A stretch of DNA of 61,027 nucleotides, the filler included, from Sluysia triapertura (taxonomy: Eukaryota): NCBI GenBank assembly GCA_046118255.1. It is 5 parts of 5 records of this genome, joined end to end, with 100 filler letters (N's around TTAATTAATTAA, not from the genome) between each part and the next. Parts side by side here need not be neighbours in the genome. Positions count along the whole stretch, not along the records: positions 25,248 to 36,306 come from JBJNIA010189519.1; positions 36,407 to 48,941 come from JBJNIA010100880.1; 3 more parts are not named here. One strand, written 5' to 3'. A program made the position numbers and the translations under genes. The notes under the pieces were generated by a model, which saw nothing but the letters and a program-made list of their open reading frames with translations, searched no databases and was not told the origin of the DNA. Shown piece by piece: positions 28,050 through 42,500 of this stretch. The stretch's first letter is position 1. Each line of letters starts with the position of its first letter.

Positions 28050-28570
28050 TGTGTCGGGCTGTAAGTTAATTTAGTCGATGGATTTCAGAATATTGTATTC
28101 TAGAATTGTATTGTATTCATGAAAAGAAAACTTTAATATTGAGCAAAGTCCAATTTTAACTAATCTTTAATTATAGAATGCTGAATTTTTTATACTTAGA
28201 GTGATGAAAAGATAATGAATGAATACTACATGATTGCTATGAAAGAGGAGAATTTGAAATGTCTCTAGAGTGGTTTGTTTGAGAATAAGAACTTTAAATA
28301 CTTTTCAATATAAAATTGGGTGTGAAAAACCAAATTTCAATAGAATTCTAAAAACTTATGTTAAATTCATTATTTTAGTGTGTGTTGACAAAATTAATGA
28401 TTATTATTTTAATGTGAGAAGTGATTTAACTAAAAATAGTTCGATTAGAAGAGACTATACTATGTAAGTGTTACAGTTATTATTGTCAGTTTAATTCTCA
28501 AAGATTGTTATGATGATTTATGTGAGAGTGTTTGTAAAATTTAGGAATGATTGGATGATGCGAAAGTTTA
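28050..28570 (-). mobile_element. Penelope-like element, GIY-YIG endonuclease remnant
   Basis: Homologous to 51470-52080. Minus strand NCNTYI... and SLSFHHSKYKKFSIL. Confidence 0.65.
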
Positions 28571-31551
28571 AAATTTAAAAATACTTAAAATTTTAAATCA
28601 CAAATAGAGTCAACAAAAATTATCAACGGCAATCGACTACAGCAACAACGCAAAAAAGAAAAAGAAAGAAATTTTAATTTTACAGTGATGCCCATATAAT
28701 GATAATTTTATTTATTATTTTATAAAATTTAATTTTAAAAATAAAGTAGTACTTCTATTAGATCATTTTCCTACCCAAGTTAATTTTTAATTTTATTCAG
28801 ATATTTATAAACTTACATTAATTCATTTTTGATTTAGGGAGCTCCCAATTATTAAATTGTAATTATTAAAAATGAATAATTGAATTTATTGAAACTATAT
28901 TTAATAAATATTATAATAATAAATATTATTATTATAAAAACGTGAAATTAGTATGAGTTAAAACAAGTAGCTCATAATCTTTTGATTTGTGCGTTGTTGC
29001 CCATCTGAAACTGGGCAATTACAAAAAGTTAATTGTATCTAACTAATCATCATAATGGCTGTTTTTCTAAATTCTTCTATGAGTATGTATCCAATTTTAA
29101 GTAAGCCATTACTTGATAAATAAATTATCGCTCTCATTTATGTATTCATTCCATTTTGTAAATATTTAAGTATATTTAATCTTGCCTAGTTTTATACAAA
29201 AATATAAATAATTGTCGATTTTCGTATAAACTAAGATTTCTCGGCTGAAAAATATAAAATAAATTTTGCTTTCATTCATGAAGAAAATTTTAATAGTAAT
29301 GTAAACCAAGGATTAAATAATTATGCATTAATATTAACGATTGGTTTGATATGCTAAGGTATAAAATTATAGAATATAAAATCAAGAAAATATAACGTGG
29401 TTTTAAAATAATAATATATTTATAATAATAATATAATATAATAATAATAACAATAATAATTATAGTAATTCAAATAATAATAATTTTAATAAAATCATAA
29501 AAATAATAACTATAATAACTGTAAAATAAAATTAAACAAATAAGTAATTAAACAAACAAGTAATAAAATTTCCGAAAATAAAAGTAATAATTATTTAAGC
29601 AATACAATAGTTAATATTAAATATTTTACAAAAGCCTTTAAGCCTTATTTATCACATATAAGTACAGAATGTATAGAAGTTTTAAAATATTTATTTTTAA
29701 CACAGAAATAATAATAAAGAATTAAAATTCCAATACACACATAAAGGCTATCATTCAAAGCTTTATATCAGTATCAAATAAATAATTTTGGGAAGTTTTT
29801 AAACAATTAAAAAAAACTACAAAGTTTTACTATATACAATTTGTTTTTACATAAAAATTACTTATGTTTCTGGATATAACCAAATTAACATAATTATTAA
29901 ATGTTCTTTGATTAAAGAATTTTATCGTTTTTAAAAATTCTATTGCTATTTCAAAACGTATAAATCGTTTGGAGATAATTTTACTATTTTCGATTACAGG
30001 TGAACTCACTAAATTTTAAATTACTTAATTTGTGAAATTAAGTTAATACTATCAGATACAATTAAATGGAATAAATTGAACGGAAAATTTAAAACAAACA
30101 AAAGTTCAATGTATATCAATTATTGTGATACGAAGGAAATAAAAATTTCTGTCAAGAGCGTACTACAAGAAATCAAATTCAAATATGACATTAAATAATG
30201 TTTTTGTAGTGAACTCCAGATCAACTCATGACAATCACAAACAAACACCAAGACAAATCAACATGTGACAAACTAATTATTAAACAAACTAAAACACACC
30301 AAACCACTACTCAAAACATACAAAACATAAACACAGTCCCAATAATGTTATAATTATAATCTTGTAAATTATAATCGCTGTTGCAAGATTTGGATTGTTG
30401 TTTCTTTTTTATGTCTGTATGTTTCCATGCATATATCCTATTATTGTTATTAGTATTTTTATCATTAATTTTATTGTCATTATTTCCACTATTACCATTT
30501 ATACTTGCTTCATTATATTAAGTTGCAATAGATATAATATTTCTGAAATTGAAAAGGCATTAGCTCTCTTTTGAATCCTATCCTTGTGTAAAAATTATAA
30601 GTTAGCGTATAAGTAGTTTCGTTAAAACTTATCTGCTCAAGAGCTAGAAAATAATAATGTATGATTTGAAGTTGTCAAGATTCAAAAGGCTAAATTAATA
30701 TTGATGTAAGCTTCTTGATAATATCTATGCTCATATGAATATATTAATTCTAATTTATCAGAAAGTACTATTTATTATTAATGTAAACTTCTATACTCTA
30801 AATATTGTTTTTATCTTATCTGGAAGTATGGATTCAAATACTCGTTCCAGTTCTTCGGGATAGAAGGATAAGTAATCGACTAATTATTCACTAAAACTCT
30901 TGTTTTGTCCGACTATGTCTTGATCGATTTCGTATAATTATGCTTTATTCTACTCTATTAAAAGGAAATCTGTATTTTATGATCATTAATTTCAACCCCT
31001 CAAAAAAGAAAATAAAAAAGGAATGAAACTACAATTATTTTATTAAAATCGAAAAAAATATAATTTAATCGTAATACAATATAATATGATTTTTCTGTTT
31101 TTATTTTTACAATAAAATTTTATATTAAATGTTCAGACTAAAATCAATCCTTACTTAATAATAACTTCAATTCAAACAGTTTGATTTCAAAGTTCATTTT
31201 TGCCAAAGAGTAGATGAATGCAGCTCGAACTAATTAGACTTTAGTCTGTTATTATTTTTTGTTTTTTATCGTTGAAATATAAACTAATTCAAAAATTATT
31301 TTATTTGATATAAATGTATATATTTATTCCAAATTTATTTTATATATTATTGTAATAATTATTTGCTAATAATTATTTTCAGTCTGATCATTATTATATA
31401 CAATTACATTAATTATTTGTAAGAGTTAATTTGATGCACAATAATTATATTAAATTATATACAATTATATCTGTAATAAATTAGTTTTGTCTTTGAGATA
31501 ATTAATAAGAATAAATCAGTATCAGTTTAATTGACTTAAAGTGAATATTAA

Positions 31552-31623
31552 CACATTATGAGCGGGGCGGGTATTATTACCCGTTTTATGTACTGTCACT
31601 TAAGAATACCCGCTCATAATGTG
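31552..31623. mobile_element. 72-bp piggyBac-type MITE
   Basis: Perfect 15-bp TIRs CACATTATGAGCGGG / CCCGCTCATAATGTG with TTAA on both sides. Confidence 0.9.
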
Positions 31624-31863
31624 TTAAAATAAATCAATTTATTTTAGGATAATAATACAAAAAACAAAAACCAAAATTAATAAGTAATTAATATTAACAC
31701 ATTTTCAATGAAATTATGTTATTTTTAAATAATTACAAAAGTATTTGTCGAAATATCGATTAATAATCATTTATTACTAAATCAATAATTTACTTTATAT
31801 ACTAATGAAAAAGTATATTTTTTAACTGCTTACTTTCAATTTTTGTATTTTAAATAATTTTAG

Positions 31864-34800
31864 ACGTAGTTGATCCATCCAATGAAAATGTACCAAGTCC
31901 AAACCCATTGGCTGTCTTAACTAATACTATTCCGGCTCACAATTCAACAAACACGTCTAAGTTGGAGCCATCGTTGACAACTGGAGCTGCCTCGACCTTG
32001 CCTTCAAATTTAATCGGAATTGGTGATGATCACCGCGACCTATTGTTTATTCATCCCGAGGAAAAGAAACAGTGCCCAGTTTGTTATCAAACAGTCGAAC
32101 TTGCTCATTTTAAAGTTCATTTGGACCGTCATAGATTCACTGAAAAGTGAGTTGCATGTTATCATTGCATTTGAAGACGATGTTGATTAAACATCTAAAG
32201 ACCATGTTGGAAACAAATTATTGAATGACATCTACAGAGTTGGTCTCAAAATATTTGAGTATAAAACAGTTTCCATTGAATCTTATAAAATAAAAATGTA
32301 AGAAACGATTCCAGCAACACTTAATCAAATTATATAATAATGTAAATGTCGCAAATATATTAAAATAAGTTGACGAAGAGGCAATTCAAAGAAGAAATAT
32401 ATAAAACACACCTGGATCATTGAATAATAATTTCAATAATGGAAGAATTAGAGTTTTATATGTAATAAAAGTAATTCTGTATATTTTATTGACAATCGTC
32501 GTTAGAACAAAAAATAAGGAAGTGGAAAATATAAAAAATATGTTTACATTATTATTCGTTATGAAACTTGTTAGATTAATAAATGATTTGCGAAAAACTT
32601 TATTGTGCAATTTATTTATAGTAGTAAAGAAAACCTTAATTATCTTATTGTTACATAGATTCCAAGATTCTACATTATTTTTCATAAAATGCAACTTTTA
32701 AATTGCTCTCAATGCTTCATGCATTCATGTTTTTCTCATTTTTTAAATTTTTTAAGTTTCAAATAATTTAGTTATTCTATTTACATTTAAAAGTAAGTAA
32801 ATATTTAATTATATTTAACTTCTAATTCCAGTGAATCTACTATTAATATAGCAACAATTGGTCATAATTCAACTTCTTTTGTTGCTGCAACTATGCAGAA
32901 TGTTAATTCGAATTCCAATGCTTCATTTCAAACACACAATTCCCATAATTATATTTCATCGGCTGATAAATATCGTTCTAATACTGGTGTTGTATTTAAT
33001 AGTAATAATAATATCAATAGTGGTATTAGTGGGGATGGTAGTAGTTGTCATAGTAACAACATTGTAATGCCTTCTAGTCGTCCACGGAAACACAAATGTT
33101 CCGTATGTGGTGTTGCTTTTCGGGTTAGTGGTCATTTACGGAAACATTATAATAGTAAAACTCATTTGCAAGGATTAACAAATTTCGGCTTGGTATCAAA
33201 ACAATTGTACACAGAACTAGAACAACAAAAGGTTGGTTTTCATTTACTTTTGCTGACAAAAAATACAAGAAGCTTTTGATATGATTACCTAAGATTATTT
33301 GTTAGTTTAATATTCATACTTTAAGACTTAAATTTTCTATAACTTTTGGTAACATGGAAGGTATAAATCGAAGTTTGTAAAAGATAAAATATGAATGTTT
33401 ATTTATTATTTTTATTAAAATAATTGTTTTGCTACTTTATTTATTTAATTATAATTAATTGGTGTCTCAAACGTTTTTAAAAATTTTTAACCTTACTAAA
33501 ATTTTCTTTTATTCTCTCTCTATTACGAATGTCCACTTCGAAAATCAAATCTCGTGCAGCTTAGTGGAGGTAATAGTTAATTTTATTTTAAATATATCTT
33601 TATAGTCAGAAAATTAATCGAAGATTTATTATGACTGAAAATTTAATGAAACAAAATAATAATTATTATTATCATAATCATAATAATGATAAGGATAATA
33701 TTATAATTTAACTTCTAAAAATTATTTATTGTATTTAATGAGTAAGTTGATAATAATAAATTAATAAGTTAATAATAAATTCCAAATTATAATAATTCCC
33801 AAATAATAATCTACACTACATTCTATCAATTATCTTTAACCAATTTTTGGTGTTGATTTTATTTTCTGTGTGCTCCTTACGTGCACATTATTGTTTTCTA
33901 ATAACGTATGGTGGATAATTAATTTTATCTCTAGTTCATTAACTGTACATAACCATTTATAACTGGTACAAACTGTTAGTGAATACTTCAAGTTGTGGAT
34001 GGCTTGTATCAACACTGCAACACTTTACTTCATTTAACATTATTGTTATTAAAGGAGCACTAAAATATTTACAAAATCTTAATTTACTGATTAAATTTCT
34101 CCTTACATTACTTTGAATATGGATAGTTACGTCTTAAATGCAAATTATAGTCGCTTTTTATTGAAAAATTTATAAAATACAATAACTTCAAAGCTAAGAT
34201 TTACCATAACTTCACTGCTATGTTGTTTCTGTGTTTGCTAGTTTATCTCATTATTTATAGTGATTTCACACTCTCTTTCAAACTTACTTATAATCTAGAT
34301 TAATTATCAATTCTGTCAATGTAATAATGTCAATATAAACAGATTATAATGTCTTAGTTCCATCGAATACAGATTCTGACATAAGTAATTACTCAAAATT
34401 TAGAATGGCAACTCTAGATTTAATTACTTCGTTTTTCTTTTCACAGTTATCATAGTTATCATCGAAAACATGTATGATTAAATGCAGATCTTGTATCGTT
34501 CGTTGAACTTCCTTTTTAAAAACATTCAGATTTAAAATTGTGTAATAATTTGATTTTCTATTATATTATTAATAAATTTATTCGATACACAATTTATCCT
34601 TCTTTCAAATCTTAAGTATTTAGCTTTTAATTCTTTAAATTTATATCAAGTTTAAATATGTCTGAATATTATTATACACTATAAAAATCCTCACTATATG
34701 TTATCGATTTAAGTCTCTAAGAAGTATAAGTACTTTAAATTTCACTTAGTGTTATATTAGACTTAGCTGGAGATCTGAGTTGAGATACTCGTCCTTATTA

Positions 34801-35301
34801 TTAGGATAGAAGTGCTTAGTGGTTTAATAATTGTAGTTTAACAATTACACAATAAATAATTTAATTACTTATTCGTTTTTGGTGTCTGTTCTATTTAATT
34901 TTAGGGTTCGACTCTTTAACAATTATTTTATTAAAGATAAATTAACAATAATAATTTTATTATATTTAAATTTCAAATATACTACAATTAAAAGAAGGCA
35001 ATAAACAATAAAACTTACACAATATATATACGCGGATATAATTTTCTATGGATAATGTCGATTGTTCAGATATAAAATATTGTCGATTGTTCAAAATGAT
35101 AATTTTCACTGTAATGGTAATGTTCATATAAAATATCCCAATATTAATAATTTTTTCTTTTACTTCACGCTTTTTATACTATTAGAATCACGATTTTTCA
35201 TATACAAAATTATTTCTAATAGTAAATTATTTCAATATACATGATATTCCATATAATTTTCAATGTAAATTTCGATGCATATATGAAGTACACACTAACC
35301 C

Positions 35302-35355
<54 letters not shown>

Positions 35356-35417
35356 TGAAATAGTACATGTAGTTTTCAATGTAAATTTCGATGCTTATAT
35401 GAAGTACACACTAATCC

Positions 35418-35463
<46 letters not shown>

Positions 35464-35949
35464 TAATTAATTATTACCGTTTATTGCATTTTAATATTTG
35501 AATATTTTATTATTTATCTAAACTATTAATTTAAATTTTATTAAACATTTATTCAATTTAATTATTTAAAATTTAATTATTTAAATGTATGTTATATAAC
35601 AATTGTTTTAATCTAATGCCAGAAATTTACTACAAAATTATTATTAAAACAATTAATACAGAATGTATTTAACACAAATAATTGTATAATAAAATTTAAT
35701 AATTCAGAATATTTATCAGAAAATATTAGTGTCAAATATTTTTCTCACCACTGTATGATATAATATACTGTATCTGTATTGTTCAGGTGCCTCTTCAAGA
35801 AATAGTTGATCAAAGTACCGGTAATATTAACCCTGAAGCTCTTCGACGGTATGTGACAACATGGCGAAATGTATTGACTAATGAAATTGGTGATGATGCA
35901 GAAGAAAATGAAAGTACAGGTTTAGACGAAGATGAAGATAATTTAACAG
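31864..35949 (+). CDS. shn: Schnurri/SMA-9-like C2H2 zinc-finger transcription factor, exons 31864-32146, 32832-33231 and 35787-35949 (or to the stop at 35978)
   Basis: In-phase GT-AG joins give CPVC...HLDRH and RPRKHKCSVCGVAFRVSGHLRKHYNSKTHLQGL...YTELEQQK|VPLQEI. This resembles the last invertebrate Schnurri finger as I recall it (RPFKC..C.IAFRIHGHLAKHLRSK.H..KL...Y.E.E....L.EI). Confidence 0.7.
35257..35462 (+). repeat. Two tandem ~115-bp units, each ending in an (AAT)n microsatellite
   Basis: TTTTCAATGTAAATTTCGATGC.TATATGAAGTACACACTAA.CCT(AAT)n occurs twice. Confidence 0.9.
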
Positions 35950-36306
35950 GTGATTTTAAATTGACGAATATTACTTGAATGTTACTGGATAAGTAAATAA
36001 CTCGATGCTTTTATAAGATGGCGTTGCTCTGCCTTTTTACAATCTATAATTTGTTTATTGCATATCGAAAGATATTTGTTTCTTTTAAGAAAAAGGAAAA
36101 CTGAAACATTTTGGATTATTTTTTCGGATTTTATTTATGCGCACAAGAGAGTAAAAGTGCCATGTATTACTCAAGTGCTATTTTCAAAATTTGAATTTCT
36201 CGATAGAAAAAATAGAACCACGAAATATTATGAAAAAATTAATTCGTTAAATTAAATTATATTAAATCATAATTGTAAATGAGTATAATTTTATTAAAAA
36301 TTTATA

Positions 36307-36406
36307 NNNNNNNNNNNNNNNNNNNNNNNNNNNNNNNNNNNNNNNNNNNNTTAATTAATTAANNNNNNNNNNNNNNNNNNNNNNNNNNNNNNNNNNNNNN
36401 NNNNNN
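36307..36406. other. Artificial scaffold spacer
   Basis: N44-TTAATTAATTAA-N44. Confidence 0.97.
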
Positions 36407-36501
36407 TACATGTGTTTGTAAACGTTAATTACTTCATGGGTCTTAAGAGTTGTAGTTTCCTTTTAGTTACCAAATTATTAAATTATGTTAATTATTTCTA
36501 G

Positions 36502-39500
36502 CACGTGGAATGGTAAAGGAAACTACCCATAAAGGATTGTCAGTAATTAATGGTCTTTTACAAATCCAGTGTTCTCGAACCGGATGTCAGAGTAATCCCG
36601 TACCAGCTGCCAATTTTATTGGTTTAAAAGTATCTGGTACACTTATAGGTCAATTTAAATCATGTCACCATTGTTTTACATATTATTGTAGTGCTAAGTG
36701 TCGACTTGATGATTGGCCATATCACAAAAATGCATCGTGTTTAGCAGGTAAAGCATCATCATGTGCTAAGGCAGTTATTAGAAAGTTTATTTCTGATGAA
36801 AGTTAGTAAATCGATGTTTAAAATTTAACTTACTTATGAACAATTAACAAATTATAATTATTTATTCAATTATAATATGTAAGGTAGTATAAAGTTTTTG
36901 CGTCTCAAAAACATTAATCTTAAAAATCATGCATTGCATTATACTTCTTCAAGTTTATATTTCCTAAGCTTATGATATAATTCATAAAACTTGAATTATG
37001 CGCTGACTTTATTGACTGGTTATCCTACCCACATTAATAATGTTGCACTATGCAACATTAAACTAAAAACAAAAATTATGTTTAAATTACTTGATAATTA
37101 TAGAATAACTTAATAAGAACACATTATTGATTATCGAGTTTCTTAATCATGATTTATGTAACATTCATGTAATTACTAAAATAAAATTGAGTCATATTAT
37201 TAGATACAAATTTGGAAGCTCTAAATTATTGTCATTTTATTTGTTTTTAGAAATTTTAAAATTTTTTTAATTCACAAGTTTAATACAAAATTAAATGCCA
37301 AATCGTTTTTTGCGCTTCAATATTTATTGCAATAAACCGTTTTCATTTATATTAAACTGAAAGGCTATTTTCAATAAAACTGTGGTTTTATAAATATTAT
37401 TGTTTAAATGTAGGTAAATATTTAGTATTAATTAAATGCGTTTAACATATTGTATTGCTAATTAGTTTTTGTCGAACTTAACGCTCAGTAGGTTCAGTTG
37501 CAGTAGGTGGCTTAAAACATGCAGTAGACGTGTATGTAACTACGAAAAGGTAACTTCTCAACATCTCTCTAGCTTTTTTAATATCTTGATCACAATCAGC
37601 AATTAACTTATATTTCCTTCCTAGTGTTGATGTGGAATGATTAGTATCATCTCGTAACTGTTGTCGATTCTGTTCCTGTTCTAAATCGTTTCTCAGGGAA
37701 CAAAATACGACTATTTGTTGTGATATAAATTTTCCTGGTATGGAGTTAGCCGTAACTTCTTAAGATTTAGATTTCTCATGTTTATTATTTTGTTGAAAGA
37801 GAAAGATGTGTGATAGAGAGTTAGGAAGAAGTGAGAGTGAGGAAAAAAGTCATAGTAAAGAATTAAGAAGAGTTGAAATTGTTTTTATAGAAATTTCATT
37901 GTTGGTTAAGTTTTGAATTTTTTAACTATGAAGATTTTAAATTATTAAGATTTAATATATTGGGTTATTTAGTTGCTTGCGGTTGTGAGTTGTTCGATGC
38001 TTTGTGTGGTGGAATGAATTGGATCACCAAAATTTCAAGAAATGGCTACTCAAAATCGTTTAAAATATATCATTCTTTATAATATTTCGGAAATAAAAAA
38101 CGTTATCTCTCTTCTAGATGTTATTACTTATCAATAAATGAATAATAAGAACAACTTTTCGAATGTTTGATATTTTCTTTAATTGATATTTATTTTATTA
38201 TTAAAAATATATATTACATTATTGATTATATATGGAATTAGCACAATTTCATAAATTTCGGAATCGTAATATTATAAAATGAGTTTTGTATGGTTAAGTT
38301 TATACATTTTGGTTTATTTAAACAGTAATGGAAATGGTGATTTATTACCTCTCAGTAAAATGTGCCTAAATAATTCTATAATTATAAGTAATCGACAAAC
38401 GTTTCCAAATTGAAGGTAAAATTTATCAATGCACCTTAATACACAGTAAAAATCGCAAAACTTTTTATTTCTATTTTGAAAGTTTCGTCAAACCTGATTT
38501 ACAAATTACTGATGTAGCTGGTTTATCTAAAGTCGATATAATTGCTTAAGTGAGTACAAATTTCATTATTTCTATAGTAAACGGATTTAACTCTTTAAAT
38601 TGTCTCAAAATTTTTCACTACTAAATATACAAACACTTTACAGGGTACTCAAGAGGCTCTATGTGTTTTCATCTTCGCCACTCTGATTCCTTTTCCTACT
38701 TTTGTATTTTAATTATTAATGTGTCAAATTTATCTTTAATATTATTAACCATGACTTTAATTCTTGAACACTTCAAAGGTTCCAAAAGATCAACAATGTC
38801 TCAAATAAGCACCAGGTTCAAAAGTTCAAAGGTATCTTCATACTTCAAGGCATATTTCTAAACCTTAAGTCTTAAAACTTCATACCTTACAAAAGTTTTT
38901 GGAACTCAAAGGTATTCTTCGGTTTCAAATTGATTATAAACCTTTTGTTCATTATTTTTCTAGGAATATTTAATTATGTTTATATTATCATATTTCAGAT
39001 ATTTTATAGGCAATCCCAACATAATAACATTCTTGTAATTCTTTCAAGCCACGAGACACTAGTTGCACATAGATCTTCAGAAAATAAAAAATTCACAATT
39101 TTCATCTGCCTTTGTTGTATTCTTCTATGTTGATATAGTTTATTAACGCTTAATTGGTCATGAGCATCCACCTAGTAAGTTCAGAATCTTCACCTACAGC
39201 ATCTGCTTTGTCGTTAGGTTTATCTCGATTCAAGTTATTTTCTGGTTCGTACTTATCATCTGTTTCATGAGCTGGCTCTTTGTACTTTATATTCGGTTCA
39301 GCGTTAACTTTTATATTCGTCAAGTTTGATCTAACGTTGAACTCCTCATACTTAATCTTTAATTTATCACTTAACTGATCAGATTTAGCATTAAATTCGT
39401 GACACTTCATGTTTAGATTTAGATTCTACTTAGCGTATTTTATGATTAATCTAACATTTAATTCATACTTTAGCATCACACTTTATGTTTCGATTAAAAT

Positions 39501-42500
39501 TAGACTCATCACACTTTATGTTTACACTTTGTGTTTAGATTAACATCCACTTTTTATATTCAGACACTCGATTCATCATATTTTGTATTTATTTGAGCAC
39601 TCGACTCATCGAAGTTTATAAATAGATAGGCATTCGCCTGATGATTTATTGTATTAAGATTGTCATTTAGTTCAGCATAATTTACATTTGAATTCATTAC
39701 TAAAATAATGTTAATTTCTTTCACAAAATTGCGTTGTGAATATATTTTGTGATTATTGGCAGCCACATTTTATTCAATAATTTTCAGTTATTTTTACCTT
39801 TGCCTAATGTTTATTTGATTTTTCTGTCTTTTCTTATTTGTCTTTGTTCAAAGTTTTTTTATACATGCGCCTATAGTAATATTGATACACATATATCCAA
39901 TGAAATGTGAATTGGCATTGAGGTATTATTCGGTTTTATTCTTTTTTCTTCATTAAATTGATTTTCTAATATTTCTTTTGCTAACGTTTTGTTGTAAATA
40001 CTGATTCTTCGTATTATTCTATGCTCAGAGATTTATAATATTCGAGGTGCCGAGATTTAATCGCTGATAATCTTAAAGTGTTTATCATAAATAGTCTGTT
40101 CTAATTTGTGATCTAAGAGATGTTCTGTTTCCTTGTTTATATTTTTACTATTTCATGACGTGCCTGAAAATAATCGAGCTTCCGTTCTTATTTCTTCAAG
40201 AAGTTTTATTCTTATTTTAAGTGTTCAATCTTACATCATTTGAATATATTGTCATAACATTTATATTTGTTTGATGTAATGTTTTGTTGTGATGTGTTTA
40301 GCGATTGTTTTTCTTTCATTTTCTCTACCTAATTCTTTAAGTGAATTACTGAAATTGAAATATGCTCCACATTAATACACGATTGACGTTAAAGGGTTCT
40401 TCTCATTTTGATAATGGTTTTCGTTGTTTAATTTCATGAGAATCGTATACACGCTATTTTATTGTTTACTTTTACATTCGAATTTTCTAATTTCTGATTA
40501 ACTTTCTGTTAACAATGTTTCTTTTTCGCTTTATTCTTTATTTATTTTTGATCATGTTACTTGTTTATTAGTCAAATCACATAATGCTAGAAATGTAGAT
40601 TTCCTAAATGTAAATTTTCAGCTGTATATACTATCAAATTTGTTAACTTTTGAACCTATTTGTAGTAGTAACTCTTTCAGAATGTAAGATGTCTTTGCAT
40701 GCGAGAATTTACTCGAATTCAACTTGAAGTGAATTTGGTGTTTAAGATCTTTCGTATTGAGATAGGAAGAAATTTTATTATCAAGTTATTTTATTGTTTT
40801 ATGATGTTACTTTAAAAACTGATGGTTTTTATGTACTGAACTGTTTAAAAGTTCGTGATCAAAAATGTTAGAATGTTTGAGATTAAGGTTGTAAGTTTGT
40901 TCTAATGAGTTATATTTTGTTATGTCAAGATGTTGAATAAAATTTTGGGTAAAAGGTTGGGTCATCATAAGATGTTACCATGATAGTTGATATAAAATTT
41001 AGAAATATTATTTTTAAATTATTTATCTGCAATTATAGCTGATACCAATTATTGTGGTTATGACAAATGTGGTAAGATTAAAAATGGATATTACATACTA
41101 CAACAGGAGCAGTTATTTGGTGTATATCAGGATAAGTCGTGCTCAACCGAAAAAGAAAATAATTTTGTAAAGTATTGTGTTCCCATTGATGTCAGTTTAT
41201 TAAGAGTAATGATATGACGTTCAATTTGTGATGCTTCAGAAATAGAGTATTAAGAGTCGCAAGTGTGAGTATATTTGCGATGAAATAAGTTTTCATTTAA
41301 CTTTGAATAATAATCGGACTCACTAGAATAGTTGCATATTATAGAAGTTTTCTAGTGTTTAGATGTACATCTACAATCATAGGAAGGTCTTCTTTTAATA
41401 TTAACGTATTTGAGATTGACATTTGCAAATCGCGTTAATGTTTATCTTCATTCAATTCTTTAGATCTTGAGCTTAAAATATGTTTTTATGATATTTTTAT
41501 TATAAAAATATCGTTTAACAAATCTCATGCGTGTATAATTATCGTAAAAAGCTTTTGAATATTTCATGTTCATAACTATAATTGGTGATTATTATATTTT
41601 TAAATAATTTATCATTAACTATTATAAATTTCGAAATACTAATCGCTGGTTCACTTAAATTCAAATTATTTTAGCACTTAAACATTAGTAGATATTATGA
41701 TAAAACTTTAATTAATAAATACAAACTTAAAACATGCTTATTAATACAGAAGAATAAAATTTAAACACATAGTTACTTAGATATTTGTCAATTACCTTGT
41801 TGAATTGAGGCACAGTCAAAAACTTGGGATTTTGAAATGATTCACTAAATGATGTATCTAAATTTGACCTTAAAATATTTAAATAAGGTCTCAGCTTTGA
41901 AATATAATCTTTAGTCGCACAATATTCACTTACCTAATGTAAATGAGTCAAACACTGAACTGTAACATTCATATAAGAGGAATCCATCTAAACCTAAAGT
42001 TATAGCTTGATTATCATGCGTACTTTTTTAATTTTTAAAATCTTCAAATTAAATCAGTACATAAATACTTCTAACAGTCTGAGTGTCCTGAATTACGTCT
42101 GTAAAATCAATACGCTGTGATGCTTGCATATGAATCCAGAATAACAAAACTTGAATCATTTCTGTTAAAATGTTTTAATTACATGAGGTGATAAATCAAT
42201 ATGTTTATAATAAAAACAAATACATGTTATTTAATTACTAACATAATCTTTTCTCCTTGACCAACAATGCTTGGAGAACAGTCTTATTTTTTGGTAATGT
42301 AAATGTTCGTACCACAAAAAAATTTAATTTTCAAATTTTCCATATTTTATGTATTTATTTATGAGGTGTTTGTGTTTGTTTCTTCATTTTTATTTTAACA
42401 AAACCATAGATATTTTATTTTGATGCTATCGACTTATTCGTAACCTTGGCGAGTTGTTAAGAAGGTATATATGCAGGTCTTCCGCACTTTTTTTGCTTTT

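Noticed and set aside
35787-36801. Apparent in-phase splice joining the Schnurri-like exon (ends 35949) to the AJM1 exon (starts 36502), giving a fusion gene
   Set aside because: The join crosses an artificial spacer. Phase agreement has a 1-in-3 chance and the two families are unrelated.
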